A stretch of DNA of 33,066 bases from a virus. Taxonomy: Duplodnaviria > Caudoviricetes. Under the pieces are notes generated by a model that was not told the DNA's origin, did no database searches, and worked only from the letters and a program-made list of their open reading frames with translations. Of this stretch, positions 25,986-33,066 are shown one piece after another; position 1 is the first letter of the stretch; the number at the start of each line of letters is the position of its first letter. The DNA is taken from IMG/VR virus record IMGVR_UViG_3300033076_000465, positions 1 to 33,066 of that record; one strand, 5' to 3'. The position numbers and the translations under genes were made by a program.

Positions 25986-28900
25986 TTACTTCTCAAACCA
26001 CTTATTGCCGCGCTTAACGTATGTCTTTCCGTTTATCGTTTTGGTTTCTTCAGCGCCAGAATTACTTTGTGTAGTAACCTGCGGCTGCGTCGGAATAGCT
26101 CCTTCGCTGCCAGTGTCGCTCTCGCCCTCTTCCGCCATCGGAGCGCCGTAGCTGCGGTTGATGGAGTCGATGATGATCTGAAGCGTCTCGGGATCCTTAT
26201 CCTGGAAAGCCTTCTGCCATGCGCGCTTCTGGCCAGGTGTCATCTGCGGCGCGTAGGCGTCGAAAAGCTCGTTGAGCGTACCAGCTCGGCGCTCGCGCTT
26301 CTGAAGGTCACGAGCCGTAGTGGCTTCCTGAGCCGCAGCCGCACGGTCTGAGGTGGCCTTAGCTGCTTCCGCCTGACGGTCAGAAATTGCTTTGTTCTGA
26401 CCGGCTACGCGCTCATCCGAATGCTTGGTCTCACGGCGCTTATCGACGTTGCCCATAATGTCGTCGAGCGCATCGGGATCGACCTCCTCGACGGCAGCGT
26501 CCCACTGCTCCTTCTCGCTCGTAGTCATGTCAGCTTCGTAGTCGGCACGGAGCTTGACCTTGCCATTGACGCGGCGCTGGCGCTTCGCAACATCAGCGGC
26601 GGTACGAGCCGTCTCGCGGTCCTCGGCGCGTTTATCTACTGCTTCGAGCCCCCTCTGCTGGCGCTCGTCGGCGGCCGCCAGACGCTTGTCGAGATTGGCT
26701 TCGGCGGCCTCGCGGGCTTCCGTAATGCGGCGGTCAACAAGCTCATCACGCTTGGTCTGAGCTTCTTCCTTACCTTTCTCGCGGCGACGGGTCTGGACAT
26801 TACTCAAGATCTTGTTGAGCGTCTCGTAGTCGCCATCCTCGACGGCGCTGGACCACGCCTCGAGCTCGCCTTGGTCCATGTCGCCCTTGATGTCAGGGAG
26901 CAGCTTGTTGAGGTTTCCAGCGCGAGCAACAGCCCGCTTCTCCTTACGGTCTGCTGCGGTGGTGCCCGGCGAGGCAACTTCCGTAAGAGCCTCGAAGTAG
27001 CCCGAGCCGCGCGAGATGCCGGTCGCCATCTGGAAGATCTGCTGCGGGCTCAGCATGTGACGGTCCACGACGTCACCGTTTTCATCGGTGCGCGTAACCT
27101 CGACGCCGTTGCCCTTGCGGTTGGCCTGTACGTCCATACCGTCCGGGACAGACTCGTATGCCTTGATGGCATACTTGACCATGCCGTCCACATCACCGTT
27201 CTTGCCTGCCTTCACGGCTTCATAGCCGTAGCGGCGCGACATCAGGTTCGAGTACTGGATCAGGCCAGCAGCCCACTTGCCAGCCTTATCGACGTCGCCG
27301 TGCGACAGATAGAACTCGACGCCCTTCTGCATGGCGTAGACGGTACGCAGCCCGTTGCTGAGCGAACCCTTGGGATCGACAACCTGAAAGATCTGCTGCA
27401 CTTCCTGAGTGCTCGGCGGACCTTCGTTGGGGGCAATCGCGCCGTTCACAAACTGGCGCTGCCTGTTTTCCATCTGCGGGTCATCACCCACCGCAGCCCC
27501 GTTCTTATCGAGGCTGTGCTTATGGGTGAGGTAGGTGAGGCCGACATGAAGCGCCTGGCCCGGCGTGATCACGCTGCGGCGCGGCCCAGCCGGATCATTC
27601 TTCGAGTTGTAGCCTACGGGAGCTTCCGCCTGCGGGACGGTGTCACGGTTGGCCCTACTTTGCGAAGTAACCGGTGCCGTCGGAATTGCCTGCGCAGAAT
27701 CTTCTTCGGTTCCATCCTCGACAGTGCCGCCATCGGCATAGAGCTGGAACGGATTGCCGTTGCTGCGCCACTCTTTCGTGCCGTGGTTAACGAACAGGCC
27801 GCCCATCGGAGAGAAGCCGACCATGCTGATGAAGTTGTTGGCATCGTCCGACTTCCAACCCTGCGCGATCATGTTGTCGTACATGTCGTTCATGCGCGCG
27901 ACATAGGACGGTGCGTACTTGTCCTGATAATCAGTCAAGTACTTCATCGTGTCGGTGCCCCAAGGCGGCGTGAAGCCCTGGGTCTTGCTCTCTTCGGTAT
28001 TCGTGTTGGTGGTGGTCGGAACTGCCGCAGCAGTCGGCCGGTAGGTCGGCACGTTCTGGCGTGCAGCCACCTGCGAGGTAGCGCCAGCCCACGGGACAGA
28101 GCCACCACCGGCCATGGCGGTCGGCGTGTCCGTCAGGCTCTGCGGAGTATACGGCCTCACACCCTCCGGGATCTCGATGTCAGCAATGTCAACGCCAGCG
28201 GAGCGCGAGCCCTCGAGGACGTCAACCTGTTCGCTGCCGCCATCGTCTTCGTAGGCTTGGCGCGAACGGGTAGGCCGCTCGCTGCGCGTCGAAGCACTGA
28301 CGGGGAGCGCAGACCGCTCAGAGCCCGCATCAGTCGAGCTATCGTCGGCGCTTGCCATAGCGGTCGGTTCGTAGTCGCCAAACTTTCCGCCCATGTGCTG
28401 CGCAATCGTGTCGCGCGCCCAAGAGGGGACCGAGTCAGCGTGGTAGCTGGGACCCCATGCGCGGCGGCCGCCGACGTCGAGGTGCAGGGAATTGTTGTAG
28501 ACGCCAATGCCGGTGAAGCCGTTGGCGCTCGCGTTCTTGATGAGTTCGAGGCGCTGGGGCTTGGACAGGCCAGAGACGTCGATGTCGATGGCGTTGCCGT
28601 GCATGTGCTGAGAGTGCTTCGCACCCCCGGCGCGGCGGTTGGTTTCTGGATCGCGGTAGGCCGAGACGACAGGGAGCTCGCGACCGAATGCGTCCTGCGT
28701 TGCCTTCCAACGGTCAGAGACGACCTTGTTCAGGCCCTTCAGGCGAAGCGGGGCGCGCCCGGCCTGAGTGCCGGTCTTGATCGCACCGCCAAGCGCAAAC
28801 CGCTCCGTGCCGAGACGGGGCTTTTCCTCGCTGGGGGTAGGGACCTTGTTCTTATCGGCCGTGGTCTCTTCAGACCCGGACAGGTCAGGCATGTACGCAC

Positions 28901-29057
28901 CCGACCAGTCTCCGCCAAGGTCCTCGAGCGAGGGGTTGAGGGCAGCGTCAGCGGCGTCCTTCTTGCGCTTATCGCGAGAATCGCGAATGTCGCTGGCAAC
29001 GCTCGACGTCGTCTTGAACGCCGAAAGGAAATCCCGCATTTCAGCAGAAAAAGACAT
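25986..29057 (-). CDS. internal virion protein with peptidase M15 (cell-wall hydrolase) domain
   Basis: SAYRDPETNRRAGGAKHSQHMHGNAIDI...GIGVY...HLDVG (~28680-28470); helical repeats toward the C-terminus. Confidence 0.85.
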   Translation of the reverse strand: MSFSAEMRDFLSAFKTTSSVASDIRDSRDKRKKDAADAALNPSLEDLGGDWSGAYMPDLSGSEETTADKNKVPTPSEEKPRLGTERFALGGAIKTGTQAGRAPLRLKGLNKVVSDRWKATQDAFGRELPVVSAYRDPETNRRAGGAKHSQHMHGNAIDIDVSGLSKPQRLELIKNASANGFTGIGVYNNSLHLDVGGRRAWGPSYHADSVPSWARDTIAQHMGGKFGDYEPTAMASADDSSTDAGSERSALPVSASTRSERPTRSRQAYEDDGGSEQVDVLEGSRSAGVDIADIEIPEGVRPYTPQSLTDTPTAMAGGGSVPWAGATSQVAARQNVPTYRPTAAAVPTTTNTNTEESKTQGFTPPWGTDTMKYLTDYQDKYAPSYVARMNDMYDNMIAQGWKSDDANNFISMVGFSPMGGLFVNHGTKEWRSNGNPFQLYADGGTVEDGTEEDSAQAIPTAPVTSQSRANRDTVPQAEAPVGYNSKNDPAGPRRSVITPGQALHVGLTYLTHKHSLDKNGAAVGDDPQMENRQRQFVNGAIAPNEGPPSTQEVQQIFQVVDPKGSLSNGLRTVYAMQKGVEFYLSHGDVDKAGKWAAGLIQYSNLMSRRYGYEAVKAGKNGDVDGMVKYAIKAYESVPDGMDVQANRKGNGVEVTRTDENGDVVDRHMLSPQQIFQMATGISRGSGYFEALTEVASPGTTAADRKEKRAVARAGNLNKLLPDIKGDMDQGELEAWSSAVEDGDYETLNKILSNVQTRRREKGKEEAQTKRDELVDRRITEAREAAEANLDKRLAAADERQQRGLEAVDKRAEDRETARTAADVAKRQRRVNGKVKLRADYEADMTTSEKEQWDAAVEEVDPDALDDIMGNVDKRRETKHSDERVAGQNKAISDRQAEAAKATSDRAAAAQEATTARDLQKRERRAGTLNELFDAYAPQMTPGQKRAWQKAFQDKDPETLQIIIDSINRSYGAPMAEEGESDTGSEGAIPTQPQVTTQSNSGAEETKTINGKTYVKRGNKWFEK

Positions 29058-29065
29058 ACGTCACC

Positions 29066-30145
29066 TCAAACAGGCAGAGCAGATTGCGGTTTTGCAGGAG
29101 CCTGATCTTTTTGCTGGCGGCTCTGCTGAATCATTTTCTGGAAGAACTCTTCGCCCTTCCACTTGGCAACGTCGGCGGGGACAATGAACTCGTCGGCGTT
29201 CAGCCGGACTTCCTGCCCACTCTGGTTCACACGAGCCGGGATGTCGTCGATGGCGGCACCATGCGACGGTGACATCGCGGGATCGAGCTTACCTCCCGAA
29301 GTAACTCCGTCCGGGACTGCACCACCTTCGGCGAGGAAGGCCGGGATGACGCCCAGGATGCCGCCCATGATCGAGCCAAGGCCCGAGCTGGACGCCTGAT
29401 TGGCCTGATACTGAGCGAGCTGGTTCTGGTAGCCCATGTTGAGCGTGTTGCCCCAGATACCGGTCGATTGGTTGCCCAGCCCCTGCCACTGCGTCGGCGT
29501 GCCCATGGCCTGAGAGCCCGAGCTGAAGTTGGCGAGCGTAGAGTTGACAGCCTGGTTGCCCGACTGGAGCGCGGTGCCGTAGGTGCCAGCAACCTGACCG
29601 GGATAACCGCGGCCGACGTTGATGGCCTCAGAGCGAAGCGCACGGCCAACGCCCTCGGTCTGGGCGCGAGCCTGATTGGCGGCACCGGCCTGAGCAGCGG
29701 CACTCTGAACGCGGCTCCCCAAGTCGAGGGCGGCGTAGCGCGTATCGGACGGGTTGAGGCCGAAGCTCTCGAGCTGCTGGCGGGCGGCGCGGCGCGAGCC
29801 CTCCATCTTTGCCGCCACCTCGGAGGAGGCGCGGCCCATCTCGTATTCCTGCCGGGCAGGGGAAGCGTAGCTGCGCGCTTCCGAGACGGCTTCATCTTCC
29901 AGAGGCTGGTAGATCGACTCGTAACGAGCGCGGTCGTTGAGCGCCGCCTGATCGTTGATGTCCTGACGACGGAGCGATGCACCTACGACAGCGTCAACAA
30001 GCTGCCGGTTCGCGCCATATTCTTCCTTGGCCCAAGCGAGCTGCTCCTTACCAAGGGCGTAGGAATACTGAGCTGCCTTTTCACTGGCGGCTGCAATGCC
30101 AGAATAGTCTGGCGGATCAGGAGCCTGGTTCTTACCGCCACCCAT
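29066..30145 (-). CDS. internal virion/DNA ejection (pilot-like) protein
   Basis: MGGGKNQAPDPPDYS N-terminus, A/Q/G-rich helices, Gly-rich hydrophobic segment; follows the GNAT gene. Confidence 0.75.
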   Translation of the reverse strand: MGGGKNQAPDPPDYSGIAAASEKAAQYSYALGKEQLAWAKEEYGANRQLVDAVVGASLRRQDINDQAALNDRARYESIYQPLEDEAVSEARSYASPARQEYEMGRASSEVAAKMEGSRRAARQQLESFGLNPSDTRYAALDLGSRVQSAAAQAGAANQARAQTEGVGRALRSEAINVGRGYPGQVAGTYGTALQSGNQAVNSTLANFSSGSQAMGTPTQWQGLGNQSTGIWGNTLNMGYQNQLAQYQANQASSSGLGSIMGGILGVIPAFLAEGGAVPDGVTSGGKLDPAMSPSHGAAIDDIPARVNQSGQEVRLNADEFIVPADVAKWKGEEFFQKMIQQSRQQKDQAPAKPQSALPV

Positions 30146-30150
30146 TGTTG

Positions 30151-30588
30151 CTACTCCCTGTTGGACCGGATGTACTTGGGCTTAACCTTGAGCCACCGAC
30201 AATCTTCACGCGACATCGCCAGCACCAAACACGCCCCTTCCGGGAAGACGTCATCAATCTTAGCAACGATCTTAAACCCAAGTTTCAGGTCGATTTCAAG
30301 TGCTTTCGTGTTGTATTCGGGAACTTGACCGAAGACCTTTCGGCAACCCAATTGGTTAAACGCATAGTCGAACGCGCACCAAACCATGTCGCGGGTTCCC
30401 CAATTATCAACGAACCCGGCCATGTGCATCTGGATACTTGCAACCGTGTAACCCTGAAAGATTACTCCGCCAAGTAACTCGCCATCCTTGTCGATGCGAG
30501 ACACGCAGTGGTCGCAGACCGTGTTGAAGGTGGTCCCAGCGGCTTTGGCGATTGCTATTCCGTGTTCCCAGTCATTGACGACGATCAC
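30151..30588 (-). CDS. GNAT-family acetyltransferase (virion operon)
   Basis: GTGA-coupled start at 30588; FDYAFNQLG...YNTKALEIDLKLGFK. Confidence 0.8.
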   Translation of the reverse strand: MIVVNDWEHGIAIAKAAGTTFNTVCDHCVSRIDKDGELLGGVIFQGYTVASIQMHMAGFVDNWGTRDMVWCAFDYAFNQLGCRKVFGQVPEYNTKALEIDLKLGFKIVAKIDDVFPEGACLVLAMSREDCRWLKVKPKYIRSNRE

Positions 30589-30842
30589 AATGCAACCCAA
30601 TAAATCCCGTTGTAATAGCTCAATACCTTCGTTCCCGTGTTGATCCAGAAGTCTCCGGGCTGAAGCGAGTTTCTCTTATCGAGGGGTAGCGTGGCCTGTA
30701 CATAGACCGCAGGGGCTCCTTTGGAGTCGTCCTGCCGCTGCCCAGTTAGTGACTCAAGGACTTGCTTCATGGCACGCAGCGACACGGCCATGCTCTTGGA
30801 GTCACCATCGACGAAATCAGGGATGGTGGCGTACTTAGACAC
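30585..30842 (-). CDS. small putative virion protein
   Basis: 85 aa; overlaps the upstream stop; GDFWINT...YYNGIYW. Confidence 0.7.
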   Translation of the reverse strand: MSKYATIPDFVDGDSKSMAVSLRAMKQVLESLTGQRQDDSKGAPAVYVQATLPLDKRNSLQPGDFWINTGTKVLSYYNGIYWVAL

Positions 30843-33066
30843 TCATCAGCTCCTTCGCCGTCGTGGCGATCTCAATGTTGTTGACCTGGACGCGCGCCTC
30901 GATCTCGATCTGCCACCACGTTGCACGGAAGCCGGAAGGCAGGCGCATGAGCTCGCCGCTGCTCTTCATTTCCCTGCGCAGAACAAGACGGTCATCGGCA
31001 TATACGCGCACAATCCCGAGCTCATACTTTGTGAGCGGGGGGTCTGGATTGACTACAGGCGTTGGCTCCGGCACCACGCGCCACGCAAGAGAGTCATCGG
31101 TAAAGGCAATCGAAAAGCCGAGGTCATCACCGAGCGCAGCTTCAGCATCCGTCGGCACGTAAGGCGGCGGAGTTGGCGGCTTCGGGACCGGATAATTGAT
31201 GGTGAACCAAATTCGCATCGCTTCAAGATTCCGCTTGTTCGGCATCTCGAAGAGCTTTGACCGCCACTTGTACGGTCCTTGGACGCTGTTGGTGGAAAGG
31301 TCCAACCAGCGTACCCGGTTGGCATAGACGAGAAAAATCTCACCGGTCCACGCATCAGTGTACGCGTTGTATATCGGGTAGGTGGAGGTCAGCTTATTGA
31401 CGCCGACGCGCGGGTTCGTGAAGTCATACAGGATGCCGCTGTATGAGCCGGAATAGTCAATCTGGAGAAAAGCGCTAGGTTCAAAGCCGCTCAAGTCGAA
31501 GCAGCCAGGCTTGACTGAGCCCCAAGCGTAGTAGGCCCCGCCGAGTTGGCACGCGCGCAGCGAGGGAACGTCAACAAAGTCCAGCCATGCGTCCTTTGTG
31601 AACGCATCGCGCGAGACGATGGCCACATCGCCGGGGGTTGCGACTGCAAGGCCGTTCGGTGAAGCGTAGATCACGCCATTGGTCGTGGAGACGATGGAAC
31701 CGCGCGACAGGCACGGCTCGGTCTTCTTCAGGCGAGAGACCGCCATCTGAGCCGGATTGATGCCCGTCACCGCATAGGGAGACCCCTGCGTGAGAACCAT
31801 CAGGGTCTGACCGACAACGCCAAGGCCAACAACATCCGTATCGAACGAGAGCGAGTAGTTTGGCGGCCAAGCGTGCGGCCGATAGGGCTCGCAGAACCAG
31901 ACTTCGTTGGCACGAAACCCTGCAATGATGCCATTCGGCATGACGGCGAAGCCGTCAAGATCGTCCGGGGGAGCGGTCCAGAGGTCGCTCTGAAGCACCG
32001 CGTTTGAAGATACATCGTCGTCTGTTTTGAGGTCTTCGTAAGACGTCTCAAGGATGTCGATCTCGGCAACCTGGAAATAGACTGTCGTCCCGGCGACACC
32101 GGAAACCGTGCGGTAGATGCGCACCTTGTCGAGCTTGCGGCCAGCTTTGTCGTCGGTGCTTGGGGCAGTAACTCGAATATGCCAAGGATCGCCGGACCAG
32201 CCGGTGCACAGGGTCGGCGGAGACGGCGGGCCTTCTTCGCCGTACAGCGAAACCCAAGTGTAGACGTAGGCCCGCGTCTCGAGGACGCCGATACCCTTAT
32301 AGACAGGATCGGTCGCCACATCCGGCGGAACACCAATGGTCAGGCCGCCGGAGTCAGACACGGTAATGCGCTGACCAGACGCGGTCGTACCATAGCGCAG
32401 CTCAGCCGAGTGCCCGGTCGTAAGGTATTCATTGACCGGAGTCCCGGACTGAACGGGCGGGGATTTGTCGATGTTGGTGGTCTGACTGCCAGATGTCAGC
32501 AGAGGCTTAGTTGCACCGAAAAGCGCGAAATCGACAGCATCAATAAGTCCGCTGAAGAAGCTCTCCTCGTCAACACCGTAGGCGACGGTCTCGTACAGCC
32601 TCGATACGCCAGCCTGAAGGTCGTACTTGAACGAGCCTGCAACGAAGTAATACGTGCTGTTGACGCGGGAGATAAGCGGAGCTTCCGTCGGCGTCGGGAT
32701 GCCCAGCGTCAGCGGAGCATTCGCCCCGGTGTTGCCAGCAACGATACGGTCCTTGGTGTTGTACACCGGGGTCGTCGTTGGGCTGGTCCAATAGAACCGG
32801 TTGAACGTGTCATCGACCGTCGGCGACGTGACCACATCAGTATCAGGGTCACGGAAGTTGATCCAGGCCGAGTCCTCGATGTGGTCCTTATCGACGTAAA
32901 GACCTGGGATGCGAAACGCCTTTGTGTACGTCGGCACGGAAATGACGTGAACCGGGACTGCGGTACGGATGCCGTCCAGAGTTCCACTGTACAGCCAAGT
33001 GTTTTCGCTTGACGAAGCCTGATTGTCCGGCAGCAGACGTTGGTCCACTGCCGGGAGCATACCACC
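30835..33066 (-). CDS. tail tubular/DNA-stabilisation protein, probably 5'-truncated
   Basis: Frame stays open to the window edge (GGMLPAVDQRLLP); RAYVYTWV...GEEGPPSP, WFCEPYRPHAWP, RLPSGFRA; beta-rich; upstream of GNAT and the internal virion proteins. Confidence 0.75.
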   Translation of the reverse strand, partial: GGMLPAVDQRLLPDNQASSSENTWLYSGTLDGIRTAVPVHVISVPTYTKAFRIPGLYVDKDHIEDSAWINFRDPDTDVVTSPTVDDTFNRFYWTSPTTTPVYNTKDRIVAGNTGANAPLTLGIPTPTEAPLISRVNSTYYFVAGSFKYDLQAGVSRLYETVAYGVDEESFFSGLIDAVDFALFGATKPLLTSGSQTTNIDKSPPVQSGTPVNEYLTTGHSAELRYGTTASGQRITVSDSGGLTIGVPPDVATDPVYKGIGVLETRAYVYTWVSLYGEEGPPSPPTLCTGWSGDPWHIRVTAPSTDDKAGRKLDKVRIYRTVSGVAGTTVYFQVAEIDILETSYEDLKTDDDVSSNAVLQSDLWTAPPDDLDGFAVMPNGIIAGFRANEVWFCEPYRPHAWPPNYSLSFDTDVVGLGVVGQTLMVLTQGSPYAVTGINPAQMAVSRLKKTEPCLSRGSIVSTTNGVIYASPNGLAVATPGDVAIVSRDAFTKDAWLDFVDVPSLRACQLGGAYYAWGSVKPGCFDLSGFEPSAFLQIDYSGSYSGILYDFTNPRVGVNKLTSTYPIYNAYTDAWTGEIFLVYANRVRWLDLSTNSVQGPYKWRSKLFEMPNKRNLEAMRIWFTINYPVPKPPTPPPYVPTDAEAALGDDLGFSIAFTDDSLAWRVVPEPTPVVNPDPPLTKYELGIVRVYADDRLVLRREMKSSGELMRLPSGFRATWWQIEIEARVQVNNIEIATTAKELMSV

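Larger units (their letters stand above)
184..30478. repeat. Dispersed palindromic site family (G)TTAC-N7/8-GTAA(C), ~44 copies
   Basis: Perfect TTAC-N8-GTAA sites (start of the 18-mer): 713, 997, 2432, 3402, 5262, 5582, 5782, 6500, 7154, 8613, 9188, 9742, 10407, 13425, 14239, 16449, 17079, 18329, 24496, 26061, 29288, 30461. N7 variants: 184, 1457, 2888, 10941, 18688, 19685, 22511. One core mismatch: 1718, 4123, 4672, 7660, 8177, 11508, 11867, 12456, 14857, 15668, 17578, 20893, 22819, 27654. Degenerate: 405. Confidence 0.95.

Noticed and set aside
20134-29105. Long + strand ORFs (783, 552 and 894 aa) opposite the virion genes
   Set aside because: Antisense shadows of GC3-biased genes; no motifs or RBS, and the - strand ORFs carry recognisable domains.
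184-30478. Dispersed palindrome as a CRISPR array, REP/IS ends or a known LexA/CtrA box
   Set aside because: Copies are hundreds of bp apart and inside genes; no cas operon or transposase; the sequence differs from alphaproteobacterial LexA (GTTC-N7-GTTC) and CtrA (TTAA-N7-TTAA) boxes.
25235-32172. Half-sites at 25235, 25961 and 32168
   Set aside because: Only one arm matches, so they were not counted among the palindromic sites.

Overview
The window is an internal ~33 kb piece of a GC-rich tailed-phage genome with a podovirus-like layout; a Rhizobiales-type sigma70 promoter suggests an alphaproteobacterial host. The left arm (1-17055, + strand) carries small early genes, a MoxR-type AAA+ ATPase with a metallopeptidase-vWA partner, a family A DNA polymerase, a winged-HTH protein, dCMP deaminase, a Cas4-like exonuclease, VRR-NUC, an SNF2-like helicase, an SSB-like protein, a primase-helicase and an XRE-HTH protein. 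The right arm (17052-33066, - strand) is the end of the virion operon: tail/stabilisation protein, GNAT, three internal virion proteins (one with an M15 peptidase, one a 2742-aa polyvalent protein with ART and zincin domains) and two HNH nucleases. The most striking feature is a palindromic DNA site, (G)TTAC-N8(or N7)-GTAA(C), found about 44 times by eye. It sits inside CDSs of both strands and at gene junctions, and its spacing widens from ~0.3 kb on the left to ~1.6 kb on the right. No tRNA, CRISPR array or integrase was seen. All domain calls are from motif recognition only.
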